Part shown: piece after piece, positions 1 through 9,607 of the stretch
Layout: each line of letters starts with the position of its first letter
How positions within the stretch are numbered: position 1 is the stretch's first letter
From: Fibrobacterota bacterium
Lineage (GTDB): Bacteria; Fibrobacterota; Fibrobacteria; UBA5070
Assembly: GCA_016715065.1 (NCBI GenBank)
Contig: JADKBN010000030.1
Location: 18,905 to 82,904, forward strand
Length of the DNA stretch: 64,000 nucleotides
Reading direction: 5' to 3'
Notes under the pieces: model-generated
What the model was told of the DNA's origin: nothing
The model's input: only the letters and a program-made list of their open reading frames with translations
The model's database searches: none
Program-made: the position numbers and the translations under genes

Positions 1-14
1 CACCACGGAAGGCG

Positions 15-233
15 ATGACGATGCAACGCATGGATCTCAGGATCGGGGGAATGGAAGGCAAGGACGACGTCAGGCTCCTGCGGGGAGTGATGGAAGTCCT
101 GCCCGGTATCGAGGCGTACGACGTGCTGCCCAACAAGATCCGCCTGACGTACGATCCGTCAAAAACTGGCGCCGCCGATATTTTCGCCGCGATCGCCGAA
201 GCGGGTGAAGGCTACGACGTGGAGTTGGACTGA
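15..233 (+). CDS. Small HMA-fold (heavy-metal-associated-like) protein lacking the CxxC metal site
   Basis: 72-aa ORF. The pattern MDLRIGGMEGKDD...IRLTYDP...AIAEAGYDV fits the HMA/CopZ beta-alpha-beta-beta-alpha-beta layout. The usual GMTCxxC loop reads GMEGKDD, with no Cys. Confidence 0.5.
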   Translation: MTMQRMDLRIGGMEGKDDVRLLRGVMEVLPGIEAYDVLPNKIRLTYDPSKTGAADIFAAIAEAGEGYDVELD

Positions 234-244
234 TTCCACCGCTC

Positions 245-1351
245 CTATCGGCGGGGGTTCGAAAATTCCAGCCGATCGAGCACCAACCAGGTCTCATCTT
301 CCACCACGAAATAGACCGCCTCGACGGAAATCGGCTGAGGTCGATCCTTGATCCATTCGGACATCGCGAAAGCCTGACGGATCCAGGTGGAACGAAGCAC
401 GAGCCTCGGCCCCTCCACCTGCCGCCTTCCCGAATCATCGCGCACGGCGAGCACCAATCGGACGTTTCCTGTCCCCATGGCCATGAACCGCATCGAATCG
501 GCGGCCACCACCACCGGGTATGCCCCGCTTCGAGCGAGCGATACCCTCAGGCCTCCGGACCGGACCGGGGTTCCCACGAGGTGAGCCCACAGGCTTGCCC
601 CTTCCCACGAGCCTTCTCCGCTGTCCATAGTCCGGCAGTCGGAAGGTGGATGGACCGCATCCAAGAGCAACTCGCCTTCGATGCATCCCGTTTGAGCCAG
701 GGAACCGGCGGAATCCTCGAAATCCATGCGGAAGGTCGAGCTTCGATCCACGTCGAACTCCCGGTAGACATCCGTGCCACCGGCGGGCATCGCCACCGTG
801 CCCAGATCGAATCGTTTGGAAACGCCCAGACTTTCCGCATCCACCGACAACGGCCAACTCCCCGGGGGGAGATGTGCGATCACGAAGCTCCCGCCATGCA
901 CATCGGCCGATTGCGACAATCCAGGAATGGCCACCCGCACGGGCTGCCAGCCCGCATCGAGGAGGATCCGCCCGTTCAATGCGCCCCAACGCTCCTGGGT
1001 GAGGGTGGTATCCAGGCTTGGTCGCAAGGGTATCCTGAAAACGACCGGTCCATCCCCTCCCCACGAGGTGGATTCCACCTGCAACACCAACAATCGTGCT
1101 CCTTTCGGCACCACGATCCGCACGGATCCAACAGAATCTGTCCAGGCATCCAAACTCCAATCCGGCAGATCCGGCGAGGTGGCATGCACTCTGGCAAGCG
1201 ACAAGGCCGTGCCATCCGCGGCAAGCAGACGGGCGGTGATGGTCTCCCCTTCCACGGCCGAACCGCCGGCCACCCGCGAGACGGCGGGGGAATCGGCTTC
1301 CTGGCAGGCGGCAAGGAAGACACCGAGCAAGATCGCCAGCATCCATCTCAT
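245..1351 (-). CDS. Lipoprotein of unknown function (beta-sandwich-rich), coupled to the upstream TIGR02147-like gene
   Basis: 368-aa ORF. The N-terminus MRWMLAILLGVFLAAC gives a signal peptide plus lipobox. Its ATG overlaps the upstream stop as ATGA (1348-1351). It is beta-rich with carboxypeptidase-regulatory-like segments; no family was recognised. Confidence 0.7.
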   Translation of the reverse strand: MRWMLAILLGVFLAACQEADSPAVSRVAGGSAVEGETITARLLAADGTALSLARVHATSPDLPDWSLDAWTDSVGSVRIVVPKGARLLVLQVESTSWGGDGPVVFRIPLRPSLDTTLTQERWGALNGRILLDAGWQPVRVAIPGLSQSADVHGGSFVIAHLPPGSWPLSVDAESLGVSKRFDLGTVAMPAGGTDVYREFDVDRSSTFRMDFEDSAGSLAQTGCIEGELLLDAVHPPSDCRTMDSGEGSWEGASLWAHLVGTPVRSGGLRVSLARSGAYPVVVAADSMRFMAMGTGNVRLVLAVRDDSGRRQVEGPRLVLRSTWIRQAFAMSEWIKDRPQPISVEAVYFVVEDETWLVLDRLEFSNPRR

Positions 1352-2187
1352 GGACGCGCTCCTCGCGTCGACCTGGTGCGCGAGAGCGGAAACAACTGGA
1401 TCAGGAGCTGGTGGACATCCTGCGGCTTGCCATCGCCTCGCGCCAGCTCCACCAGATGCCTGCGAAACGCCCGCACTTCCTCCACCATTTCCTCCCGCTT
1501 GTCATCGGAGATCGACAAGGTAACCCACGAAAGAAGCCGCTCGTCCCTATCGAAGCGGTCGTGCGATTGGGCAGCGAGCTTGTTGAGCGACAGGTAGAAC
1601 TTTCGGGTCACCGCTTGCGGAATCTCGCGATGGACCGAGAGGATCGGATCCAATTGGCGCCAGCGTCCATCGCTCTGGCGACGCGCCATGCCCAATCGTT
1701 CCAAAAGCAGAAGCGATTCGATGGCCTCGGCCGGATCGATCGCAGGTACCAGCGAAGCGGCCAGTTGCGTGCAATCCTCCCGAACATCCAGGACTTCCAG
1801 AAGCTGCCACACGACCGTATGAAACCAGGTGGCCAAAAATTCCGAACGGTCGCGGGCCAGGCGCTGCAAAGGCTGAGGGCGCAGTTCCATCATGCGATCG
1901 AGCTGCCGTTTTTCTTCCACCAGGCTTTTGGCTTGGTTTGCCTGCACCATCGCCACGAAAAATTCCGTCTCGCGCCGGTCCAGTCCAAAGCATTCGGCGA
2001 ATCGATGCGAGAGATCCAGCGACATGGTGGTCTTTCCCTGCAAAAGCTGGGTGAAGAACCCGGCCGACTTGAAGCCCACCTTGTCGGCGAGGAGGCGATA
2101 GGAAAAGCGGGGATTCACCCCCTTCTTCCACTCGTACCAGTCGCGCAGGAAGGCTCTGTAGTCGTTGTAGGTGAAGACATCAGGCAT
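1348..2187 (-). CDS. TIGR02147/DUF4423-like uncharacterised HTH-type protein
   Basis: 279-aa ORF. The N-terminal pattern VFTYNDYRAFLRDWYEWKK..FSYRLLADKVGFKS..LLQGK..FAECFGL..ETEFFVAMVQANQAK matches the Fibrobacter-type TIGR02147 family as I remember it. A paralog lies at 26119-26952. Confidence 0.75.
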   Translation of the reverse strand: MPDVFTYNDYRAFLRDWYEWKKGVNPRFSYRLLADKVGFKSAGFFTQLLQGKTTMSLDLSHRFAECFGLDRRETEFFVAMVQANQAKSLVEEKRQLDRMMELRPQPLQRLARDRSEFLATWFHTVVWQLLEVLDVREDCTQLAASLVPAIDPAEAIESLLLLERLGMARRQSDGRWRQLDPILSVHREIPQAVTRKFYLSLNKLAAQSHDRFDRDERLLSWVTLSISDDKREEMVEEVRAFRRHLVELARGDGKPQDVHQLLIQLFPLSRTRSTRGARP

Positions 2188-2208
2188 GGCGTGGATCCCC
2201 CGGCAGGC

Positions 2209-4545
2209 TCAAGGAACCAGGGCCAAAGGCACGGTGCGGTCGTCCAGGCGCAGCAATCGCGCTCCATGTCCGGATGGAATCCGGACGAACAACCGTTGGC
2301 CGTCGCGATGGATGGCCAATTCTTGTCGACGTCCGGAAAGATCCATCACGATGGCTCGGGTGGATTCGGTTCCCACCGAACCCGCCAGCTCGACGGACCA
2401 AATTCCACCGTTTCGCGTGATGCCACGCACCGACCAGTTGGATTTTCCACGCGCCGAGCGCAGGACCGAGCTGGCCGAATGGCCCACCTTCACGTAGGCC
2501 GCACCGGCCACGGCCTGGGATCGTCCTTTCTCCGGCGCCCAGAACACCACTTGGCTCACGCCTTCCGTGCTCGGTGCCGTCGCGGTCAACGCGAAGCTCC
2601 CCGTGGCACCCACGTTCGCGTCGGCCTCGGAAACAGACCATCCTTCGGCATTCATCGTGGGAACGGCATCGAGTGTCGATTTTTGTCCAAGGGAATCGCG
2701 CACTTGGACTTCGAAGACCACCTTGGCTCCCGGATCCACCTCCAATGTGTCGGCCTTGACCTCCAGCTGTTTGCCCAAGGGCCGCAAAAGCCAGGTGCCC
2801 AGGTTGGAGTGGACCGTTTTCCCCGTATTGTTGTCGGTAGCGGTCAGGGCCATCTCGAAATGCCAAATGGAATCCTTCGCGGCGGCGGGTATCTCAAAGG
2901 AGACCAGGTTCACGCCCGGTGTCAGGACGCCTTTGCCCATGTCCACCTGGACAAGGGGGTGGCTTGTGGAGATTCCCGAGATGGGATCTTCCACCAGAGC
3001 GCTTTTTTGCGCCCGTGCGTAGGAAGGCAGAAGCGATCCCAATCCCCCATCGGCTTCGACCACCACCGGCAGAAGAACTTTCCATGCGTTGGTCCCGCGC
3101 GTCACATACCCCAAGGTCTGGTCCTGGATGCGGATTCGTTCGGGTGTGCGCCCACTCTGCCAGAGAGCACCCAAGTCGTCACCGAAATACCCTTTGCCAA
3201 CGAGCTTGCGAGCCACCTGGAGCGATCCCCAAGCGGGCAGGAACGGGTCGGCGTTCCTGGCGAACGGAATCACGGAGTCTTCGATATTTCCCGTCGCACT
3301 GGCTGCCGCGGTCGCGGCGATCCAGTTGTTTCGTGCGTTGGGACCGAGTTCGAGGGAAAGCTCATGGGCCGCGTCGAGGGAATCCTGACGCATGGAGAGG
3401 TTGTCCATGAAGATCTGGCTATTGGAGGATCTCCACATCTGGGTGCCCAGGTCGACGGAATTGCGCACCAAAGTATTCCCCTGGAAGATGTTGACCGGAT
3501 AGATCACATCCTTGAGCCGAGCGAATCCACCCGGGTAGTTTCCCCACTCCAAGTCGTCGATGGCCGCTCGCCAGTCTCCGATCACGATTCGCGAACGGCC
3601 GTTGTCCCATGCGCGATTGAACCGCACCGTGGACGCGAGGTCCCACTCGCTTTCCATGTGCAGAAACAGCGCGTTGCCACTGGCGAGATTGCCTTCGATG
3701 CGGTGTCCTCCGACGGCTCCGGGGTTGGACAACGGCAGCATGGCTCCCGAATAGATGCCGTTTTCTGCCTTGATCAAATCGGAAACCGATCCTCCGGGGT
3801 TGTTTCCCACCGATCGGATCGCGATCGACCATCCGGAAAACTCGCACGATTCGATGGTTGCCTGGAGGGAGCGGTTCAGGGAGATCGCCGCGACCCCGGA
3901 ATACTGGCTGAGGCGGTAGGAATCGCTGCCGTAGAGATTCCACAGCACGTATTCTACCGGAACTCCGCCCTCGAAATCCAGATGGCTGATCTTGATGCGC
4001 TTGGAATCTTCCACCTGAAACAACGCAGGCGACAAGAAGCTTTGCGCCATCCAGCCTGCTGGGCGCAAGGGGTCGGGCTTTCCATCGGTCCCGCGTCCGG
4101 CAGAGAGCAAAAACTTGGAGAGCTTTCCTTCGGGACCTTTCGAGACGTGGACATTTCGGTAGGTGATCGAACCATCCGCGTTGACCACCGAATCGTTCAT
4201 GAACACCCGCTTCCACTCGACAGGATATGTCCCCTTGTCGGAATTGTAGCCAGCGGGGATGTCCCCGAGTTCGAACGCGGAAGGAGCCAGTTTGAGAATC
4301 GGCTTTGACCCACCAACACGCGAGCCCGTGATTTCGATGTCCGATTTGCCGCGGATGGAGACCGGCTCGGAAAACGAGTAACCGGCATCCGTCAGCGAAA
4401 TGCGACAGCCTGTTTTGGGGCAAGCATCCACCGCTTGTTGGAGGGTGGAATGGGTTGCGCCGCTGGAACCCACAACAAAATCGGGCACCGCGGCCAGCGA
4501 AGCCGCTGCATACCCGAGAAGAAAGAAGGGGGATGGGGTTTTCAT
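2209..4545 (-). CDS. Secreted right-handed parallel beta-helix (pectin-lyase-fold-like) protein with T9SS-like C-terminal tail
   Basis: The ORF is 2209-4659. I place the start at ATG 4545 (MKTPSPFFLLGYAAASLAAVP signal peptide). STLQQAVDACPKTGCRISL..IRGKSDIEITG is typical of beta-helix N-termini. The C-terminus IVMDLSGRRQEL..ARLLRL resembles a T9SS sorting domain. Confidence 0.7.
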   Translation of the reverse strand: MKTPSPFFLLGYAAASLAAVPDFVVGSSGATHSTLQQAVDACPKTGCRISLTDAGYSFSEPVSIRGKSDIEITGSRVGGSKPILKLAPSAFELGDIPAGYNSDKGTYPVEWKRVFMNDSVVNADGSITYRNVHVSKGPEGKLSKFLLSAGRGTDGKPDPLRPAGWMAQSFLSPALFQVEDSKRIKISHLDFEGGVPVEYVLWNLYGSDSYRLSQYSGVAAISLNRSLQATIESCEFSGWSIAIRSVGNNPGGSVSDLIKAENGIYSGAMLPLSNPGAVGGHRIEGNLASGNALFLHMESEWDLASTVRFNRAWDNGRSRIVIGDWRAAIDDLEWGNYPGGFARLKDVIYPVNIFQGNTLVRNSVDLGTQMWRSSNSQIFMDNLSMRQDSLDAAHELSLELGPNARNNWIAATAAASATGNIEDSVIPFARNADPFLPAWGSLQVARKLVGKGYFGDDLGALWQSGRTPERIRIQDQTLGYVTRGTNAWKVLLPVVVEADGGLGSLLPSYARAQKSALVEDPISGISTSHPLVQVDMGKGVLTPGVNLVSFEIPAAAKDSIWHFEMALTATDNNTGKTVHSNLGTWLLRPLGKQLEVKADTLEVDPGAKVVFEVQVRDSLGQKSTLDAVPTMNAEGWSVSEADANVGATGSFALTATAPSTEGVSQVVFWAPEKGRSQAVAGAAYVKVGHSASSVLRSARGKSNWSVRGITRNGGIWSVELAGSVGTESTRAIVMDLSGRRQELAIHRDGQRLFVRIPSGHGARLLRLDDRTVPLALVP

Positions 4546-4748
4546 GGCATGATTCCAATGGAGGAGGTGAGGAAGGATTTCGGTCATGGAGTGGTGCGCA
4601 CGTTCCAAACCTATCGCCCAACACCTCCAGCCAGAGTTCCGGGAGGCATCTCTCTCCACAAAGCGTTCAGTGGAACGAAACAGAGGGTCAGGCGAGGTCC
4701 GCCCCGAATCCCCCCGTTTGCGCTTTTACACCAAAACCCAAGCCTTCC

Positions 4749-7400
4749 TTAGCTTCCCAGATCCGCGAGGGTCTCCCGGATCAGCTTGGCACGGTGCTCC
4801 TGGTTTTGGAGCTTTTCGCGTTCGGCTTCCACCACCTCGGGCTTGGCGCGGGACACGAAGGACTCGTTGGAAAGCTTTCCGCTGATGGCCACCGCGAACT
4901 TTTCGGCTTCCGCCAGCTCCTTGGAAAGACGCGCGACCTCCACGGCCTTGTCCAGGATGCCTTCCAGCGCCACGTGCACCTGCATGCCCTTGATGATCTC
5001 GGTTCCGGAGAAGGCCGGCTTTTCTCCGCCCACTTGCAAGGTCACCTCGGCACCGGCCAATCGCGATAACGCGGCGCGGTTGCCTTCCAGGTCGGAAAGC
5101 ACGTCCTGGTCGTCGCAACGCACTGTTACGGACAGAATCCGGCTGGGGGCGATCTGGTAACGGCCACGCAGGGAGCGCACGCCCTCCACCGCCGCGATGA
5201 GCCGCGCGAAGGAGCGCTCGGCCGATTCGTCCACCGCTGCATCCGCGAAGACGGGCCAGCTGGCGAGGATGGCCTGACCCAGACCCAAGTGCTCGCGCAA
5301 TTCTTCCGACAAAGCGGGCATGAAGGGCTGCAACAATCGGGTGAGGTTGTCCAGCACCATGCGACACGACGCCACGGCAGAGCGCTTGGCGGGAGAATCT
5401 TCGCCGTGGATCTCGTTTTTCCGAAGTTCCAGGTACCAGCTGCAGAAGTCGCCCCACGCGAAATGGTAGAGCTCCATGGCGGCTTCGGCGAACTTGCAGC
5501 CCTCCAGCGACTTCGTGACGTTTTTTGTCACCGTGGCCAGGCGCGAGCGGATCCAGCGGTCGGCCGGATCCGAGGCTTCCACGGAGTCGTCGGCGCCTTC
5601 CAGGTGCGGCAGCACGAAGCGCGTGGCGTTCCAGAGCTTGTTGGCGAAGTTGCGGCCCATCTCGAACTTGGTGGGGCTGAGCTTGATGTCCTGGCCTTCG
5701 CTGGACAGGATCAGAAGCGAGAACCGCACCGCGTCGGCGCCGTACTGGTCGGCCATCTCCAGCGGGTCGATGCCGTTGCCCAGCGACTTGGACATTTTCC
5801 GTCCCTTGTCGTCCAGGATGGTGCCGTGGATGTACACGGTGTGGAATGGGTCCATGCCGGTGAGCTCGTTGGCCATCATGACCATGCGCGCCACCCAGAA
5901 GAAGATGATGCCGCGGTCGGTCACCAGCACGTCCGTGGGGAAATGACCCTTCACTTCGGGCTGGATCCAGCTTTCCACCGGCATTCCCGCCTTGGCGGCC
6001 TCGCCCGGCCATCCCAGGGTGGAAAACGGCCACAGACCGGAGCTGAACCAGGTGTCCAGCACGTCGTCGTCCTGCCGGACAATTTTCTTCCCCGTCTTGG
6101 GGTGGACCTTGGGTTCTTCCAAGGCCGCCACGGGCACGCCGTCTTCGTCGTACCACACCGGGATGCGGTGACCCCACCAGAGCTGGCGACTGATGCACCA
6201 GGGGCGCACGTTTTCCAGCCATTTGCAGTAGTAGTCGTTCCAGCGATCCGGCACGAACTTCACGCGCCCTTCCTTGGTGGAGGCCAAGGCCTTTTCCGCC
6301 AGGGGCTTCATGTCCACGAACCATTGATCGCTGAGACGGTACTCGATGGGCTCTCCGGAGCGATAACTGCGACCGATGGGGGTCATGCGGTCTTCGATTT
6401 TTTCCAGCAGGCCCAGCTCTTCGAATTCCGCCACCACGCGCTTGCGCACCTCGAACCGGTCCAAGCCGCGGAAACGTTCCGGCACCTGGTCGTTGAAGCT
6501 CGCGTCGTCGTTCATCACATCGATACATCCGATGTGCGGATGGCGCTGGAACACACCGAAGTCGTTGAGGTCGTGGGCCGGGGTCACCTTCACGCAGCCG
6601 GTGCCAAAGTCCATTTCCACGAAATCGTCGGCGATCACCGGGATCTCGCGATCGGTCAGCGGGAGCTTGATCTTTTTGCCCACCAAATGGGTGTAGCGCT
6701 CGTCTTTGGGGTTGACCGCCACGGCGGTGTCGCCCAGCATGGTTTCCGGACGGGTGGTGGCCACCGTCAGGAAGGTGCCGTCGGCCAGCGGGTAGCGCAG
6801 GTGCCAGAGGTGGCCGGGCTCGCCGCCGTCCTTGGTCTCCACCTCGTCGTCGGAAAGCGCGGTGCGATCCTTGGGGCACCAGTTCACGATGTATTTGCCG
6901 CGGTAGATCAGACCTTTTTCGTACAAGTGAACGAAGGCGGCGCGCACGGCGCGGGACAAGCCCTCGTCCATCGTGAAGCGCAGACGGTCCCAGTCGCAGG
7001 AATTGCCCATGCGCTGGACTTGGCTCACAATGCGGGCCTCGTATTGGTTTTTCCAAGCCCAGACCTGTTCCAAAAACGCCTCGCGACCCATCTCACGACG
7101 CTTTTTGCCTTCCTTGGCCAAGGCGCGTTCCACCACGTTCTGGGTGGCGATGCCGGCGTGGTCGGTGCCCGGCTGCCACAGGGCGCGACGGCCGCGCAGA
7201 CGCTCGAACCGCACCAACACATCCTGGATGGTGTGGTTCAAAGCGTGGCCCATGTGCAGGGCACCCGTGACGTTGGGCGGCGGGATCACCACGGTGAAGG
7301 GTTTTCCATCACCTTTGGGCTGGAAAGAGCCATTCCCACGATGGAGGGCTTCCCACTTTTTTTCGACGTCGATCGGCGAGTACTTGCTGTCCATGGTCAT
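4749..7400 (-). CDS. valS: Valine--tRNA ligase
   Basis: Class I aaRS motifs are present: PPPNVTGALHMGHAL (HIGH) and KMSKSLGN (KMSKS). Full-length similarity to ValS includes the C-terminal coiled coil. The ORF opens at TTG 7421; ATG 7400 or 7394 (MDSKYSPIDVEKKW) is the more likely start. Confidence 0.96.
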   Translation of the reverse strand: MTMDSKYSPIDVEKKWEALHRGNGSFQPKGDGKPFTVVIPPPNVTGALHMGHALNHTIQDVLVRFERLRGRRALWQPGTDHAGIATQNVVERALAKEGKKRREMGREAFLEQVWAWKNQYEARIVSQVQRMGNSCDWDRLRFTMDEGLSRAVRAAFVHLYEKGLIYRGKYIVNWCPKDRTALSDDEVETKDGGEPGHLWHLRYPLADGTFLTVATTRPETMLGDTAVAVNPKDERYTHLVGKKIKLPLTDREIPVIADDFVEMDFGTGCVKVTPAHDLNDFGVFQRHPHIGCIDVMNDDASFNDQVPERFRGLDRFEVRKRVVAEFEELGLLEKIEDRMTPIGRSYRSGEPIEYRLSDQWFVDMKPLAEKALASTKEGRVKFVPDRWNDYYCKWLENVRPWCISRQLWWGHRIPVWYDEDGVPVAALEEPKVHPKTGKKIVRQDDDVLDTWFSSGLWPFSTLGWPGEAAKAGMPVESWIQPEVKGHFPTDVLVTDRGIIFFWVARMVMMANELTGMDPFHTVYIHGTILDDKGRKMSKSLGNGIDPLEMADQYGADAVRFSLLILSSEGQDIKLSPTKFEMGRNFANKLWNATRFVLPHLEGADDSVEASDPADRWIRSRLATVTKNVTKSLEGCKFAEAAMELYHFAWGDFCSWYLELRKNEIHGEDSPAKRSAVASCRMVLDNLTRLLQPFMPALSEELREHLGLGQAILASWPVFADAAVDESAERSFARLIAAVEGVRSLRGRYQIAPSRILSVTVRCDDQDVLSDLEGNRAALSRLAGAEVTLQVGGEKPAFSGTEIIKGMQVHVALEGILDKAVEVARLSKELAEAEKFAVAISGKLSNESFVSRAKPEVVEAEREKLQNQEHRAKLIRETLADLGS

Positions 7401-7472
7401 AAGGAATGCCAATTTAGCCAATCTGTGGCCGGACTCTGGAAAAGAGGTCCCTCGGACCGAAATCCGACCAAA

Positions 7473-9542
7473 ATGGTAGCATTCCCTGCAATGACACCAT
7501 CGATGTCTGATTCATCCGATCGCCCTTCCCTCGAGCAAGGCATCATCCATCAAGCGCTCGCGGAGTCCATGTCCGTAGGGGTGATTGTCCTCGACAAGAC
7601 CGGCACGATCGTGTCGTGCAATCCGGCCGCGGAGCGGATTCTGGGCCTCAGCCGCGACCAACTGACCGGCAGAGCCCTGACCGATCCGCGCTGGCGGTCG
7701 ATCCATGAGGACGGAACCGACTTTCCCTGCTCGCAGATGCCCGCCATGCGCACCCTGGAGACCGCAATGGCCTTCCAAGGAGTGATCATGGGGGTGGACG
7801 ACCCCCTCAGGCATCGTCGGATCTGGATTTCCATCGATTCCCAGCCAATGAAGGACCCATCCGGCCTTGGACTCATCGGAGTGGCCACCACTTTCACGGA
7901 CATCACCTCCCTGCGGGAGAAAAGTCTGGCCATCGATCTGGAGCGGGAACGACTATTGACCATCCTCGAGGCCACCCGGGCGGGAACTTGGGAATGGAAC
8001 GTGCAGACCGGCAAAGTCACCTGCAACGCGCGTTGGGCGGAAATCATCGGTCACACCATGGAAGAGCTCGGCGAAACCACGCTGGAGACCTGGGTTGGAC
8101 TGACCCATCCCGACGACTTGGCGGAAGCCTGGAGCCGACTGGAGCGTCACTTCGCAGGCGAGCTAGCATTCTACGATAGCGAATTTCGCATGCGACACAA
8201 GAATGGTCATTGGGTTTGGATCCGTGATCGAGGCAAGTTGATTTCCCGATCCGAGAATGGTCTCCCGTTGATGGTGATGGGAACGCACGCCGATATCACC
8301 GAGCGCAAGCTCGCCCAGGAAACCCTTCAAAGGAACATGCAGGAGCTCGAGAAATCCCACCGGCGCTCCGAGGAATTGGCCCGATCCGCTGAGGAGGCCA
8401 ATCGCGCCAAAAGCGAATTTTTGGCCAACATGAGCCACGAGATCCGCACTCCCATGAACGGAGTGATCGGGATGACGGACCTGCTTATGGACACGGAACT
8501 CGACGCAACCCAGCGAGGATACGCCACCTTGGTGCGAAAGAGCGCGGACTCCCTGATGGAGATCGTCAACGACATCCTGGATATTTCCAAGATCGAAGCC
8601 GGCAAATTCTCGCTGGACCCGGTCGATTTCAGTCTGCGCACCCTGCTGGAGCCGTTTGTGCAGGAATACAAGTTGCGGGCCCGTTCCCAATCGCTCACGT
8701 TCCAATTGGAGATCCACCCGGACGTTCCCGATTCCATCCACCTCGATCCGGGTCGACTTCGACAAATTCTGATCAACCTCGTGGGCAACGCCCTGAAATT
8801 CACCTCGCAGGGCGGGGTCCATATCGCAGTCGCATGGCGCACCTCCCTCGCGGAAGGGCCGAGAATCGACTTCACGGTTCGGGACACCGGAATCGGAATC
8901 CCCCGGACCAAGATTCCGCTCCTGTTCCAGGTATTTTCGCAGTTGGATCCCTCCATCACCCGCAGTTACGGCGGCACGGGACTGGGATTGGCGATCTGCA
9001 AACAATTGGTGACCCTTATGGGCGGAGAAATTTCGTTAGAAAGCCAGGAAGGTTCCGGTTCGGCGTTTTCGTTTGCGGTCCCCTGCCAGGTCGCGAGGAC
9101 ATCCGCTGCAAATGTTCCCGCCGAGGGAAATTGGCGAAGCCGCCGTTTCCCAAATGCAAAACTTTTGCTGGCCGAAGACAATGCGGTCAACCAGCTGGTG
9201 GCCAAAGGGATCCTCGGAAAATTCGGCATCGTCCCCGACGTGGTCCCCGATGGGCATCTGGCCCTCAGGACGCTTTCCGCAAACGCCTACGACCTGGTGC
9301 TGTTGGATATTCAGATGCCACTGTTGGATGGGTTCCAGATTGTCCAACAATTGCGCACAACCCCTGGACCCAACCAGCGCGCGTGTGTGGTGGCGCTCAC
9401 CGCGCAGGCGGGGGAGGAAGATCGCGAGAAATGTTTGGAAGCGGGCATGTCCGACTGCCTTTCCAAACCGATCCAACCCAAGGACCTGATGCGGGTGCTG
9501 GAGCGTTGGCTCCCCTTCACCGAGACAACAGTCACGCACTAG
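7473..9542 (+). CDS. Hybrid sensor histidine kinase/response regulator (PAS-PAS-HisKA-HATPase-REC)
   Basis: This is the C-terminal part of ORF 5289-9542. There are two PAS-like units. The H-box is [14 protein letters not shown] and the G-boxes are DTGIGI and [10 protein letters not shown] receiver domain is present ([26 protein letters not shown]). Start candidates are 7473, 7491 and 7503. Confidence 0.9.
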   Translation: MVAFPAMTPSMSDSSDRPSLEQGIIHQALAESMSVGVIVLDKTGTIVSCNPAAERILGLSRDQLTGRALTDPRWRSIHEDGTDFPCSQMPAMRTLETAMAFQGVIMGVDDPLRHRRIWISIDSQPMKDPSGLGLIGVATTFTDITSLREKSLAIDLERERLLTILEATRAGTWEWNVQTGKVTCNARWAEIIGHTMEELGETTLETWVGLTHPDDLAEAWSRLERHFAGELAFYDSEFRMRHKNGHWVWIRDRGKLISRSENGLPLMVMGTHADITERKLAQETLQRNMQELEKSHRRSEELARSAEEANRAKSEFLANMSHEIRTPMNGVIGMTDLLMDTELDATQRGYATLVRKSADSLMEIVNDILDISKIEAGKFSLDPVDFSLRTLLEPFVQEYKLRARSQSLTFQLEIHPDVPDSIHLDPGRLRQILINLVGNALKFTSQGGVHIAVAWRTSLAEGPRIDFTVRDTGIGIPRTKIPLLFQVFSQLDPSITRSYGGTGLGLAICKQLVTLMGGEISLESQEGSGSAFSFAVPCQVARTSAANVPAEGNWRSRRFPNAKLLLAEDNAVNQLVAKGILGKFGIVPDVVPDGHLALRTLSANAYDLVLLDIQMPLLDGFQIVQQLRTTPGPNQRACVVALTAQAGEEDREKCLEAGMSDCLSKPIQPKDLMRVLERWLPFTETTVTH

Positions 9543-9607
9543 ACTTGGCTCCTGGGATCGCTGGGCAAGCGAGTGAAAATTCCTGGTTCTGGGTTACTTT
9601 GGAAGCC

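Noticed and set aside
1411-4308. 965-aa plus-strand ORF
   Set aside because: It lies antisense to the TIGR02147-like and beta-helix genes. Its composition is Arg/Gly/His-rich with no motifs. This is a typical shadow ORF in high-GC DNA.
5289-7472. N-terminal 728 codons of the 1,417-aa ORF that ends as the histidine kinase; also the 776-aa ORF 4726-7056
   Set aside because: Both overlap valS, antisense or out of frame, and have no protein-like sequence. The kinase homology begins only after ~7473.
8834-9607. Upstream extension of the ligA ORF
   Set aside because: It overlaps the 3' end of the kinase gene in another frame. LigA homology starts at MPELQLP (9608).
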